Below are positions 1 through 13,840 of a stretch of 64,000 nt of DNA, piece after piece (position 1 is the stretch's first letter; each line of letters opens with the position of its first letter). A program made the translations under genes and the position numbers. Origin of the DNA: Ramazzottius varieornatus. Its lineage: Eukaryota; Animalia; Tardigrada. The notes under the pieces were generated by a model, which was not told where the DNA came from, searched no databases, and saw only the letters and a list, made by a program, of their open reading frames with translations. The DNA lies in NCBI GenBank assembly GCA_001949185.1, contig BDGG01000015.1, positions 67,036 to 131,035 on the forward strand, written 5' to 3'.

Positions 1-1109
1 ACAATGAAATGTCCATCTCGAGACACGCTCGCGTATACTAATAGTATTCATATCTGTACAAGAAAAGTAGAAAAAATAATAACGTCTGACAGTTAGGTGG
101 AACAGAGTTTCTGGAAAACCAGAGGCCGTACCGAGTCAGAATATATCCAAGAACTTGGAGTAAGTTCGTGAAACGTAATTTTTGAATGCATTCTGGCCAG
201 TTCTTTTTGACGGTTTGACTCGTTGCTTTTCAGCGTTGTTCATTAGCGACAGAATTTTGTGCTGCATAAAATAGTGGAAACAGTAATTACGAAAGCAGCC
301 ACGCAAGTCTGCTCCATCTATCGTCTCCGCGTCTGCATAAAACCCAGTAAGACCCTGCCACTCTAGATCTGATGAACAGAAGCGACTGTCGTACTGCACG
401 GTATGTTTTGCTACTGTAAGAGTTCGAGCGACTTTGCAACGCATACAGTTGCATTATGATGCTTGTAATGCGGTGCAGCAGGCTGAGCTAGCGAGCGATC
501 AATCGAGCCGTCATCAAGCCATATTTGGAAAAAGCTAACGACCACCGTACCGTAAAGTCCTGCCTATTAACCAGTTACTTGTATCTAGTAGCAACAAGTT
601 CGCTTCTGTATATACGCCTCCAGTTAGAAAATATACCAACTGCTTTAGAGTCGTAAAGTCAATCGTCGACGGAAAGGCACCATCGTCGGGGCTTACCTGT
701 CGTGCCTTCGAAACGTGTTCATCAAATTTTTTTGACTCGACCATTCCTCAGAAGACGCCTGCATAAAGCAATCAAATGAAACCACTATTGCAATTAGTAA
801 TCTTTCATACGCACATGTCATTTTGCAGAACGCTTTTCATGAACCTTGAAAACTTTCTAAGTTCCGGTCCGTCTGGCGGCGCCACTTGTCTTTGTACAAA
901 TAATTTCAGCACAGAATTAAGCATGCGTCCATGAGTCATGGCGAATTTAACACTAATTTAAATTGGTGAAATTTCTTTTTGAAGGAATTTCCGAGAGAAA
1001 CGCGTTATATGTTAAGGTCAAGTTTGCTGTATCAGCAAATGTCTAGCGCGCGACAATGTCCAGCATGTCAACGAGGGCGGTAGTCGGCAGCCAAAAAGGC
1101 CACGTAATA

Positions 1110-1366
1110 CAGTCCTACCTGTGAGAAGTGACCATTGCTTCTTCTGCAGCCGAACAGCGTTTCTGCACGAGACTGCCGGCCATGCACTGCGCAGCACGAT
1201 CAGCTGATCGACGTCCGGTTATGGCTCAACTTGATCACGTAATCAAGTCCGCGTCTGGTCAGCTGATCGGTCTCATGCGACAGCATAGCGAGCAGCCCGG
1301 TGTACACACGTACCGTCCGGAGCTAAAATCGGGCGTTTGAACTGTCACAACTCACAGGTAGGACTG
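1110..1366. mobile_element. Tc1/mariner-pogo-type MITE (257 bp, TA TSD)
   Basis: The TIR CAGTCCTACCTGTGAGAAGTGAC matches the right end GTCACAACTCACAGGTAGGACTG with 2 mismatches. TA flanks both sides (1108-1109, 1367-1368). No coding capacity. Confidence 0.8.
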
Positions 1367-1649
1367 TACTGTAATTATAATTAATCCTGTTTGCGTCTGG
1401 TGCCTATCTAAAGCATTGCTCATCACATTTCATCCAGTGGAAAATCTGTCTTGCGTTAATTTATTCCGACTTCTGTTGCCCATATTCCTCCCAGTCCTGG
1501 CAATCATTTTGAAGAGCGGTGCGCCTGTGGTTCGCAAACCAGACGCTGTTGTATTGGAGCAGCATGCCAAGAATTCGCTGAAAAAGCTACGCCGGGTGGC
1601 GTCACCTGCCACGAAATGTTTTCCGCGATAACGTCACGGCTACCCGGCG

Positions 1650-2090
1650 TAGAGTAGGGAACCGCTCAACTTTTCCTTGACGGAAACCAGAATTTCACAA
1701 AATTTTCTTGTCCACACTGGACTGTGCGGAACAATTTTTGGTAATCTCAAGGCGAAAGCGGGCGGTAAACCTTTAATGCCGACGCGAAAGCGGAAGTGGA
1801 AGTACAACATTCAACTCATGGATGTTACAGTACAAGCAAACCCAACTGTGCATACGACAACAGTTTCCTGTGGTTGCCTATCATATAGATTGTTCGCAAT
1901 GTGACGCAACAAGGTTTACTTTTAAACATTTATCGTAATTATCATCGACGCGGGGCGGGCGGAAAACAGTCACATCAAATACTAAGCGAGTCCAAGCGGT
2001 AACAATTTCAGCAGATTTCACGGCGGAAGCGGGCGGTAACCACCGCTCGCTTCCGCGTGGACCCGCCGCGCGATCCAATTCCCTACTCTA
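1650..2090. mobile_element. hAT-type non-autonomous element
   Basis: 12-bp TIR TAGAGTAGGGAA/TTCCCTACTCTA, 8-bp TSD ACCCGGCG (1642-1649)/ACCCAGCG (2091-2098), and repeated internal AAGCGG(GCGGTAA) motifs. Confidence 0.75.
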
Positions 2091-2799
2091 ACCCAGCGCC
2101 TGTCACCAAGCACATGAGCGCAAAATGAGTCTCTAAACGGTGGTAAGTGCGAAGTCGGCAAATGATTTTCGCGGAGATCGGTCTCTCAAGCGGCGCACGT
2201 TTTCATCGTTCAGGCAGAGAGCGTGCGCTACCTGGGAAACGATCTGGTTCAACTCATCAGCTTCCATTTCTTGAATGTGTTTAATGCGCGTATAAGAAAG
2301 CCCAACCATGTACACGAACATACTGCAGGGATAAAACTACCAAAGAGACATCTGGGTGAAAAGATTCTAACAACAATAAAACCGCCACAAAACTACTCTG
2401 TAACACAAATGAAAATGACTCGAGATGGGTGCAGATTTGCAGAGCAGTGAAGCGTGTCAATGGTACCAAGTATACCCCGATGAGCAAAAAGCCACGCAGC
2501 CTAGAAAGCCAAGCATGTGAGACAGGTTAGCCAGCGAGATAATGATGAGAAAGTTTTGGAAATCAAAACCAGTATAAAAAGAGTAACGGTAAGAGATGAG
2601 AACAGTGAGAGAACAGAGTCAAAAACTTCTAGGTTAGAGACTATGTAAGCACGGAAGAACCCAAGACATTGTAGATCATTTCTGACAACCTCGTTGTCAG
2701 CAGGCAAGAAGCGGCTTTCGTCCTCTGATTCCTCTGTCGAAACCAAAATCACCAAACTTTACCGACCTCAACACCACTCGTTCCTTGACGTGAAGAAGC

Positions 2800-5700
2800 C
2801 TACACGGAACTCGAACTGAGCGCTTGAAGATAGGCTTGCGTCCTTGCCAGCTGCAAAGACATGATTCATGGCTAAATGTATTCACTCTAAACAGAAGATC
2901 TCAATACTAAAGATATGCGCCACTTGAAAAAGCAAACAAACTCGACCAAAGCGTATTCCCGAGCGGCGCAGGCTTCCGGCCGGTCATACTGACAACGTGC
3001 GCCACTTGAAAGCGATGTGGTCGAGTATATTCGCCGAGTTTCCATTCGTCTCGATTTCAAACTGGTATGAAGACCACGAGGAAGAAGCTTGGAATGGTTA
3101 ATACTTACCTCCAGTGCATACAGATCACGTTGTAAAGACATGGCGATGGCTTCTGACCGGCTAGTCGGAGCGCTACTCTCCAACGGTTCAAGCTCGCGAA
3201 TGAGTTTCGCCTCGGTATCTTGCAGATCAAGAATTTGCTCAGCCTGTAACAGAAAGAACAACTTTACTTTTCCATTTCCACAGACTGGAAGTTTGAACTG
3301 AATTTGGATACCTTCGTAAGGGAGCTCTTTTTGGAAGCGTAAAGGGGCCGGACAGTTGGTGTTGTCCTGTTGGGACCCAAGGTTTGCGAGCCCACAGGAA
3401 GGGAGACCGGTGCGGAATTCCTGGCGGCTGTGTAGTTGATGGCAGTCATCCATGCGTGAAAATCTGTTTCGTCGGCGGCTTGGAAAAGGTAGACGGAAGA
3501 ATCGACCGCTTGGAAGCGAAAGACCCATGGCCGCTTCCGATAGTCCTCAGGTATCGAAGCGAAACCGTGGTGCAAAGGGACGGACTGAGCTGCCTGATCC
3601 GCTTCCCTCGCTGGCTCTTTCTGCAATGAAATCAACTACCATCAATAACTGGATGAACGCACTGAAAACAATATTCGCACGGTTGGAAGGTTCATTGCGC
3701 AGAAGGACTCTGCCAGTGAGCGTTTTCGTACCTTGAACAAGTCCAAAGACATCGGGTTGACGATAACGAAGACTTTGCTCCATCCACGATGGCCCCACTT
3801 TGTCGGCTTGCCACCAGGAAGGACTGTAGATTTTCGTATCAGGTATCCGCTTCTGGCTATCGCACCACGTTCCTCCACAACATCGTGTACCACCGTCTCC
3901 CCTGAAACAAACGAAAATTTAATTTCCAACCTTTTTTATCTCAAAATCCCGCTTTTCACTCCCATCCTTCAACTGCACATCTCGGAAAAAGTCCCCCGAT
4001 TTCGAAGCATTATCGCCAATTGATTTTCCAAATGATTAAAGTTTATGTATACGTACTTTTGATATGAATTTCTCTACTGCTTGACGTTTCGCGTTTTACC
4101 TTCTTGGCCTTTTGCTACAGGTAATTTCTCACTCTTGATGGAGTGGTACAGCCTCCTCAGTTCCTCCTCCGGAATCTTGTCACACGAGGGTATCTGTCTG
4201 ATGCTACTCAAGAACTCGTTCAAGTTCATGGGCTGATGAGGTCGATGCTGGCTGTGTAGGTCGCTGTTAAGTATCAGCATGGCCGACACCACGGCGTTGG
4301 TCGAGTCTACAACAAACACCATTCACAAAAGCCCACACTAGTCATCACACACATCAACCATCATTCAGTCCAACACACTATGAATAGTCATAGTCAGTCA
4401 AATAGGGAAAAGGCTAATAAAGTTAGTCAGACATGTACCGCGGTTAAAGAGGCCCGTCGGATTGCACTCGACGTAGCGCATGGCAAAGAGATCGATAACG
4501 CGTTGGCGCGCTTGTGTCTCGCCCACCAGCTTGACTTCGGCCAGGAACTGCCGCAACGCCGTGTCCAGTGGCATATTCTCCAGAGAGAAAATCTCCATGC
4601 AGGCTCGCGCTGACTCGGGGTGGACGAAGGCGGCGGGGGATGTTTGAGGGTGACCACCGCCATCGACCAACGCTTGGTTGGCGATGACCGTGTCGCTCTG
4701 AAGGACTCTTGTCGATATCATTTCCGGGGCTTGCGTAATATCTGCTAGGTTGGATACTAATTCAACCGTATCGACCGCAGCTGACTCGGCTGGAGAAATT
4801 TCGGCGTCTCGCTCAGACTGTTCCCTTCCCCCTATGCCACTTTCCAGCAATGCACCCTGAAAAGATACGTCAAACAAATTGTTCCGTAAGAGCAACCTAA
4901 AACTGGTTCCAAAAAATTTTAAAAATCTATCTGTACACAAAGTGACTGTTTTGTACGTAAGCAGACAAGCTCGATAAGATCGTTTCTTCAACTGGGTCAC
5001 GCTTACAGCTAACAACAAAGGAAAAGTGCGCCGCTTGAGAAAAACGAACCCCACGAGATTGTTTTTCCAAGTAGCGCACTGTTCCGGTGTCGCTGGCTGG
5101 AAGCGTGCGTCACTTGGGAAAACAGTGAGTCGAGTTCGTCGCCAAGCTCACAGTACTGAGGTTTGTTTCCAACGAAGATCTCGGTACAAAAGAAGCAGAA
5201 ACTTACGTCGTGGTGGGAAGCAGAGCCGCGAGGAGTGCGAGGCGAATTTAGCATATAAGTCGTGGACGTTTTGGTATCTGTCACTTCGCATATGGTCGTG
5301 TCTGTGATGATGGTTTCTTCTTTGAGAATTTCTCGATACCTCGGCTGCTGCTGGCCACTTAAACCAGCACGCTTGACTAGAGGAGAACCAGGGAGGCTTT
5401 TCGAGAACGAGGCAGTTTGTGAGACGGGAGCATTGATGGTCCACACCGGCCTGTCGTCTATCAGCTCAGGCGTAAACGATCGCTTCTGAGCGCTGTTTTC
5501 TCGTTCGTAATCTCCGTGATGGTGGTGCGGCACGTCTCGATCTACTTCGCGATGCTGCTGTGCTGAGGAAGGACGCTTGACGGCCGGGGAATGTTTCACT
5601 TTCTCTGCAAGAGAAATATGTTTCCCACACATCCCGGTTGAAAACTCGATCCAATAAGGCACCACGATTCAATCAAGCATACACTTCACCACTACACGCT

Positions 5701-6246
5701 ATTTCTTGATTGATCAAAATGACAAAGTGCGAAAATATTTTTAATGGAGCGATAAAACATCGACATACCGTTTGCGAGTTTGTTTACCGATGACAGGTGG
5801 AATTCATGGGTGTCGTAAGAGGAGTAGTGAAAGATAGTTTTGTCCGAATCTTGCTGTCCGCTACGATGATGATCTCCGTCGTTTAATCCATCGGTCGCAC
5901 TTGCATGATTTCCACCACCGTTGACTGACGGTGCATCCGACGAGGCGATATCTCTCCGATTAGATGGCAGGACAGGTGAACGAAGAACTATATTGGTAGG
6001 GCTGACAGGCGTCGTCGAAGTTACACTGACTTTGGACCGGATATTGTTTGCAGGAGGCAGGCTGTTGTTGTGGATGTTTGTTTTGGATAATATTAGATTC
6101 CCGGTCATGATGAAGGCTTCGGATCGGGGTGTAGTCGACTTCCGCTCGCCCTCCTCCATCTCGCGTTCTGGCACTGTGTTGAAAGATGCGCGTCCATATT
6201 GGTGGATGGGAGAAGATGCAGTGAGCGCCTTCTCCACCGACGTCAT
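2800..6246 (-). CDS. PSD: PH and SEC7 domain-containing protein (EFA6/PSD family Arf6 GEF), ~721 aa, 8 coding exons
   Basis: Phase-consistent GT-AG exons 6246-5769, 5604-5207, 4856-4439, 4306-4100, 3901-3732, 3620-3312, 3243-3109, 2850-2800. Sec7 motifs LDTALRQFL..LVGETQARQRVI and AMLILNSDLH; EFA6-type PH (GYLIRK..GKPTKWGHRGW, LHHGFA..DYRKRPWVFR..YLFQA, INYTAARNSAP); C-terminal coiled coil. Confidence 0.9.
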
Positions 6247-7711
6247 GGCTACTTGACGATGTTACGCTACTCGACCTGCACACATAAACAGCCAGCCTGC
6301 AAAGCAAGGAATGAACATGTGGATTATTGCGGTAATCAGTCAAGAGAACGAGGAGCTTACCCAGTGCGTGTTTATTTTGGTCGGCGCAAGCAATGGTAGC
6401 CATTAAAAGGCGAAGTAGATCCACCATAGAAAACGGAATGATGGCACACAGTAGAGAGTTTGCTGTGGCAGTCAAGTGCAGCAAATGGAGCGAACAGATG
6501 CGAGCTGTAAATACAGCCAGGAACACAGCAGTGCTAGCCGAAACCAGCAAGTCGAGTGAATTTAACCATCTGACCGAGCAAATTGGCAAGCGGTAAACTG
6601 CCTCTAAGCTGAGTTGACCGATTTGTCCAACGAGTTATTTTGACTGATCAGCCGATAAGTCGGCCAGTAGACTGCCACGTATCATCTATGACTGACAAGA
6701 AGAACTTTTGATTTACTGTCCGCAGCACCTCGAGCTGAATCAAGTACCCGTTCGAGGATGGCAGGGTTGTAGTATATTATGGTGGTTGTTCGCTGATTCC
6801 AGCAAGCTCAATGATCCACAAGCCGTGTCAGCAGCGAGGCAGCGGCTCTCTTAAGCGAGGACCTTGGCGATGAGGTCCGCGTTCTGACGACAAATCGGTG
6901 TTCTGATTGTGATAGGTCGCCCATTCAGATGCTATGAAATTAAGTAGCTATTTTGTCCAGGCTATCACTGTAGCGGTTTAGTGGCTTTTACTCGTCGGAG
7001 CCGACAGCAACACATTGTCGGCGGTGTGGCTAATTTTTGCGTATTTTATGGTGTGGAACGCCATGTCGGCCTTTGAGGTTCCGCCGACCATGATTGAATG
7101 ATTTCAACAGGCTTTACTGATGACCAGCACAAACCTAATGGTCAGATAATGAACCTCAAATCCTGGCTAACAAACAGGAAGTTGCCGTTCGAAAGATAAT
7201 GGAACAAATGCGTGGCCGGCGATGTGGCACTGTCGTCGGCGTACAGGGAAAAGACGAGCGAGCTGACAGTCCATGGGTCCATCACGGCGCGATCCAGCCG
7301 ACCTGGCTGGACAGTTTCAGAACGGGCCTTTATACGGGACTCTCGGAGCTGTTAGGAGGTTTCAGAAGGATGAAACCTGGACCCGGAAGTTGATATAGTA
7401 CTGCGACCATTTTAAGGATAACAACTGTTCCGATGTTCCAGAGAAATTCTCATCGGAAGAGTAGCGGTGAGTTCTGAAACGGCTGATGGCAACGCTTGAA
7501 ACATTTTAAACAAAGAGTAAGGGTTAAGTTTGAGACATGAGGGAAATCACAGCACATCATAAAAGAAAATTTTAATTCCGAAGATTGGCGGCTTAAAAGT
7601 TAAAACAATCATCCGTCGATTTGCCGACACCCACTGGTAGAATTTCTGAGCATGAAATTTCTAAAAGTTTAACAAGAAAGATTGGTCTTTGTGAATAATT
7701 AGCAAAGCAGG

Positions 7712-10700
7712 TTACGGGGAAGCAGGTTCCGAAGGGGAATAATATTCTTCATCCTCGTCGAGTTGCTCATCGGCGGCAACATGGTTCGCTCGCGCAGGTG
7801 GCGCCACGTCTCCTTGTTGGAAAAACGCTCGGTTGGTTGCGGACTTCGTACTCGATTTCGACCCGGTCGATTCGGACACGCTATTGCAATATTGCCTGGA
7901 GATTTTGGATAGGTGGTGGTGATAGTTACGTAACCGAGTTTCCTTCTCGCGGAGAGTGGCTTCCAGTTCGGCCGTCGATGTGGACTTCGAAATCAGCTGG
8001 TTAGCCAAGTCTTGGATTTCCTCTCTGACTGACACACACGAACTCCTGTAGAAGAAGGTCAAAGTGACACCATCCTACACAATGTTCCCAACAGACCATA
8101 ATGAATACCTCGCTCCTCGAAATAGTGGCATTTGATAGTGCGGGACATGAGTTTGGTTTTTAGTCAAAAGGTAAACCTACTCGTGCTGCTCTTCGTGATA
8201 CTGAGAATACAGCTGGGCAACCTTGTCCACTTCGTTCTTCAGGTTTTCCTGGTAGGCTTTGGTGATAACTTCGATGGCGGCTTTTGTTGCTCTGGCTTCT
8301 TCCGCCAGTTCCCTGTCTTTCCTCAGCAGGACAGCTTCCATTTCCTGTCGATGTCTGGCTTTCAGATCCGCCACCAGCCGGGTGTGCGAAAGGTTCAGGG
8401 CGTCCATGCTTTTCTCATAGACATCCTGCATTCGCTTCAGCTCGCCGTTTTGATCTGACTGTACTTCGAGCTGGCCTAGCACCGCTAAGTCTTCCGCTAA
8501 CTTGCGCCCCATTTGGTCGTTCTGTTCACGGAGCACAGAGATCTCGTTGGTATGTTTCCTTTCTTGGTTCGTAAGGCGGGCTTGTAGGGCAGAAATTTCT
8601 TTGTGGAGAGCTTCGATCGTACAGTTGCATTCGTCATGAGATCGCTCGTTCTGGAGACTTTTCGACAACTCGGCTTTCTGATCTTCCGAAACCGAAAGTC
8701 GGTCTTTGAGATTCGCAGTTTCTTGTCGAAGCTGCTTGATTTCGGACAAAGCGAAGAGAAACTTCCGGCTAAGCTGTTGACTTTCACCGTTGAGCGTGGC
8801 GCCCGTCTCCGTGGAGAGACTATTATTCCCCAGTAATTTATCGCTTTCTTTGCCGACGGAGATCAACAGCAGCTTCTCGCTTTCTGCAAGCTTGGACTTG
8901 ACAGCTTCGAGTTCTTTCCGAGATCCATCGATAACTATGTCTTTCCTTCCGGCCATCTCAGAGTACGATGCACTCATATCGGTGAGTTGTGTCTCCAGTT
9001 CCTTGGTTTGGTTCTCCGAGATTTCGATCCTCTCTTTCAGTTTCCTGATTTCGTCCAAGTACACTTTGGGATTTTCCCGCTGGTGCAAGTCGGCCAGCTC
9101 CTGGATTCGATTCTCGTACGTCTCGTTGAGGGAAGATATCCGTTGAAGTTTGTCCGTAAGTTCGTCCCTGTGGTCTTCCGATTCTTTCAGCTTCTCACGT
9201 ATGGATAAAAGCAACTTGTCTTTCTCCATGTTATCCTTCTTCTGGTACTCGAGCTTTTGGGAGGATTCACGAAGAAACTGCTCACGGTCTAGCAGGCGCT
9301 TTTCCAGGTTGGAGACCATAGTTTCGTAATGGCGGATGTCCAGGCTGATTTGAGTTGACTGGTCGGCGCGTGGTGTTTGTGAAATGGACAGCGGCTTCGC
9401 ATCGAGCTGCGTTGACACGTCTCTTCGGCTGGTGTGAGGAACTTTCCTCAATTCAGCTTGGTACTGCTTGCGGAGATTTATGAGCCGGCCTTCAATCTCA
9501 GAACTTCTCACACCTGAGGACGAAAAATCTCAAATTATACGTGCAGCAGGGACACGCGTAGAAAAGTGCCATGATGACAATTTTGACTTGTTTGTATGAT
9601 CCACCCGACAGAAGACTTTGTCCCCCCACGGCATATGTGGACTGAGCGCTAGTGAAGTTTTTCTCGAAGATGGTCGGTTTTTAAAAAGCTTTCTGCGATG
9701 CACGTGGATCAGATCCGCGTAATCTAATCAGAAAGTGATAAGGTGGTGTTTACCTGCAGCAATATTTCCTGGCTTCGACTCATGTCCGTTCTCTTCGTAT
9801 TTGATATCGCCATCAATAACCAACGTTCGTTGTTGATCGGCACTCCGCTGCTGCGACCCCTTGCTTCCATCACCACGTGGTACCGGTGACTTCGAGCGCG
9901 AGCGGACTCTTGCACGTTCCTTTACCCTCGACATTGCCGTGCGGTTCAAGGGTGGAGAGCGAGGTCGCGCGTGAAAGTCAACTTCGGAAACGGTTTTGGC
10001 CATGGGCAGCGGAGCTGTCAAGTGGGTCTCCCTGGTCAACGGGACGTGGGCGGAATGAGGGTAATGGTGGCCATAGGCCGAGATGCTGCTGGTACTGGAC
10101 GAACGACTGGACGTGGAGCCGCCGGTCGAACCTTTCTTACTCATGATGCGCTGAAGCTGCTTCAGGTCTTCGATGTCTTGATGTGATAGTCCTCCAAAGA
10201 CGAAGCGAGGAGAACGCTGGGCATCGGCGGACGTGACCGCGGAAGCTGGCGCTGTCGTGGGCGGAGACCCTACAACATGAAAAATATCTCATGAAAAATC
10301 TGTCTAACATTTTAGAATTCCAAAATTTCGGAATCGCAACATAGATTAAATAAAAAAATGGGTCAGGAAAACGTTTCTCGGGTTATTCGAAATGGACCGA
10401 ATTTAGAAGAAAAGGGTGAATGGTACGCAAATATTGGGGATCCTAATCCGAAAATAAAAAATAAAGGGCAGGAAATTTCACAGCACAAATATTTCTGCTG
10501 AGTTTGCGCGTTTCGAAGTGGCCCATCATAATTCATTTGTTTTACTTACACAATATCGACAAGTGAGCTTAAAATATGTACTGTGTTTATAGCTTTTGAG
10601 TTATGCCAGCAGAGCTAATGTGCCCATTGGGCTGCGTAACAGGCGTCAACAAATATCATTTCCATTGACTGTGCACTTTCAAGAGCGGATTATGAGCAAA

Positions 10701-13700
10701 TAACAAACAACGATGCAAAACAGTAAAATTCGTGTCGAAATCTGCCCAGAAGGTAATCTTGCGAACTTTGTATTTCGGCAGGTAAAACGCAACATGACGG
10801 AAAAAATATGGTACTATTCCTGTAACACCACCCTGAAGTACAGTAAAGACATATGGACAATAATACTCTTGTGTACTACGAACTATCCACTTTCTACGAT
10901 ATTTTGAGATATGTACCTTCTTCGGAATCCGTGGATAAGTCAGTGTCCGTGAAACTATCCGTGCTTGCTCCAAAAGCGTCATTCGCTGTCGCCTTCAGGA
11001 CAGTCTCAGAGATTACCTACGGAGAAATGCACTTAGTCAATAAGTGAATTCACAAAAATATGTGAAAGGCAGCGCATGACAGGAAAATGTCCGTTGCTCG
11101 GCCGTGCACCGATCGTTCAAAACATGAAAGACCAGTCTCAATGTAGATTTTTTCAAAATGCTTGATATCAATCACCATGTACCGGCCACTGTGATCCGTG
11201 TCCAATACCGATAAATAGGCCGCTCAAGATAGAAAAGCGCAACTTGAATCATTAATCACGCCATAATTTCTTCGCAATGACCGGCAGAAACGAACAACGG
11301 ACTATAGTATGTCCACGTTGAGTCTAAATGTATTAAATGGCGCTTTGGTCGTAGCGGTAATTCCTCACTGCCGTGACGGCACGAAGCGCTTTGAGTAATC
11401 GCCTCAGTCACGGCTAAACTCACAAACTTGTATCGCGAATTCGATGACAAAAGCGCTTTACTTACACGCATAAATCACCACCAATACCCATGTTAGACTA
11501 GAGTTATTAGCACACAATACCTTATCAGGTTTGTAATATTTGTCCTCAGGTTGCACGTTCAGCCTGTTGAGGGTTGACGCGGCAGTAACTTCGCTGTTAC
11601 TCACTGGTGGTCCATTGTTGTGGGTTCCCGAAGTCACCGGAAAGCGCTTCTCCTTCAGTTGGTCCAGATAATCCATGGTCGAACTTCGCACCAGCGAGTT
11701 TGTCGTCAGCAAACTTCCACCATTACTTCCCGCCTTCAACAAAGGGTCCTTCTTGACGATCTTCGGTTCAGCGTCGGTGAAACTCGTCGAACTGACTTCG
11801 ATGTTTTTGACCCGCGTCGATGTCGGTGCCAGGTGAGATGTAGTACCACCGCCGATCACGGACGGAGTCTGCTGCGTTGCAATGACGTCATGAGAAGGTG
11901 GTCTTACCAGCCCTGCCTTCGTCTGTTTGGCCTCTTGATGGGGCAACTTGGAGGTGGAAATGTCACTGCTGACTCCGCTGGATTCACTGTTGGTACCATC
12001 GGTGGCGCCACTGGACATGCTTTCGTTGGAAGTCGATGGATTACCGACGGTCGACCATATGGCGGAAGAGATTGTGGTTGTGAGTGAGCGATTGCCTTCC
12101 TTTGATTTCACAGCTGCACTTCGTGGAAGAGCTTCCGTTGAATCGGTGAGGCGGGTGACATCTGGCTGAACGTGGCCTGCTTTCAGTGCCTAATAACAAA
12201 AAATATTCAACACACCGATCAAGAAATCATCGGATTCCACAAAGCCGCCTAAGCTTTTTGCTCCAATCTTTCCGCGGATTAGGAAAATTTCCGGTTCACA
12301 ACCTTTCAAATGGCTGTGATTTTTACAACGTTATCCGCAGATTTTTCTCCGGATATGCACGTACGTTGATTATTGCTTTATCGGACCAAAATAGAACAAA
12401 TCGGCAATGTCGAGAAATAAGCTGCTGGTTTATGATGTGGAAATTAACTTACCAGCAGCTGGTCGTCGCTTAACGTATTACTGGGCAAGGTTCGTGAGCG
12501 GAGTTTCTGGTTATGAGATTTCTGTGTCCGTTGCTGCCGTGTGTAGCGAGCGCTCCGTGGATACATGACAAGTACGTCGTACCACCAGCGAATTTCCTCC
12601 TTGCTGGTCCCGCGGACATAGTATTCTTTCTCGGGGGTGCGCAAGACTATACTGTACTCCTGACTGGTGATGCTCTGGGCATCGGAGACTTCGTTAACTG
12701 TGTGCATGTCGATGATCTCCTGCGGGATTGTGTCCTGGCTTTCGTCCAGAGCGAAGGTGAGGTCGCCGTCGTCGTACAGGATGAACCAACGTCTCTGCCA
12801 TCTCTGAAGGGGGAGAAACCACAGTGTTCGAACTTGCCTTGATAAGGTTCCCGGTTAACCCAAGTTAGCATAAGCCGCACTTACTCGAGCTCGGTGCGCA
12901 GGGTTGGTAAAGTCCACTTCAACGGGAGCCACGAAGAGAAATCCGCACTTACAGATCTTCCGGCATGCCTACGAAGAAAGTATTGCCACCCATTGTGAAA
13001 ATAACGTCACTCCCGAGCCCTATTGCAGTATCAAGCCTCCCCAGTACGAGAGACCCAGGCAACCAAACTATTACAGTATATATAAATTGAGAGACCGGCA
13101 AACGAAAGGTACAAACTCGTCGTCTTAAGTGGTGCACATTTCCAGCCAATAGCAATAGAGGGGCGCGTCGCTTAAAAGCATGATCTTGTCGGTCTCGTTT
13201 GCTGGTCTCCCAATTCGCAATGACGGTCATGGTTCCGAGTTCTCAGTGATTCGATTCCATTTTTAGATGCGAATCCATACTCGTTTAAATGCCATTCCTA
13301 TTAAATTTCTATCATCAGATTGCAAAAGAGGTATTCGATTTTCAACCATAATTTATAGTTTCTGGCGAAAACTGCGATGAACTTCCTTTTCGGTCTAGCG
13401 TTACCACCTCGACATCGTTAACGTAATCTGTTGTGGCGGTAGACAGCCATTCTTGGACCGCATGATCAGTCCACAACAATAAGGTTAGCCATTTGTTTTG
13501 ACGCCACAGGCTTGTGACGACCCTATCGACTCGATAAACTGCAGACAAAAACATAAAGCTGCGTGTGAAGATTGCTTATGCATGCAGAGCTTAATCGGCG
13601 TACCCTGTTCTCGGCCAGCGCCTCGGCTGAGTGTGCATTCTTCTGTCGGAAGCAGTCTTGGCATTTGTTGGGCGTGAAGACGTTGGGTGTGAATCTTTTA

Positions 13701-13840
13701 CAGCTACTCTTGCACTTGTTGCTGGCCTGACTCAGGCTGGCTCCATTGGTGGTGCCGCTGTTGATGCGGCCCATGTTGATGACATTACTGTAGTGAGGCG
13801 GCGGTACGGCCACAACAGGTGGCGGAAGAGCTTGCAGCAT
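7712..13840 (-). CDS. MPRIP: Protein outspread / myosin phosphatase-Rho interacting protein-like, ~1207 aa, 8 coding exons
   Basis: Exons 13840-13604, 12968-12885, 12803-12453, 12189-11521, 11016-10917, 10269-9754, 9513-8181, 8045-7712, all phases compatible. N-terminal CKRFTPNVFTPNKCQDCFRQKNAH motif; PH1 KCGFLFVAP..RWQRRWFILYDDGDL; C-terminal coiled coil with LAEEARATKAAIE. The start codon is uncertain. Confidence 0.88.

Noticed and set aside
136-2487. Short ORFs at the window start
   Set aside because: No recognisable motifs or exon chain, and several overlap MITEs.
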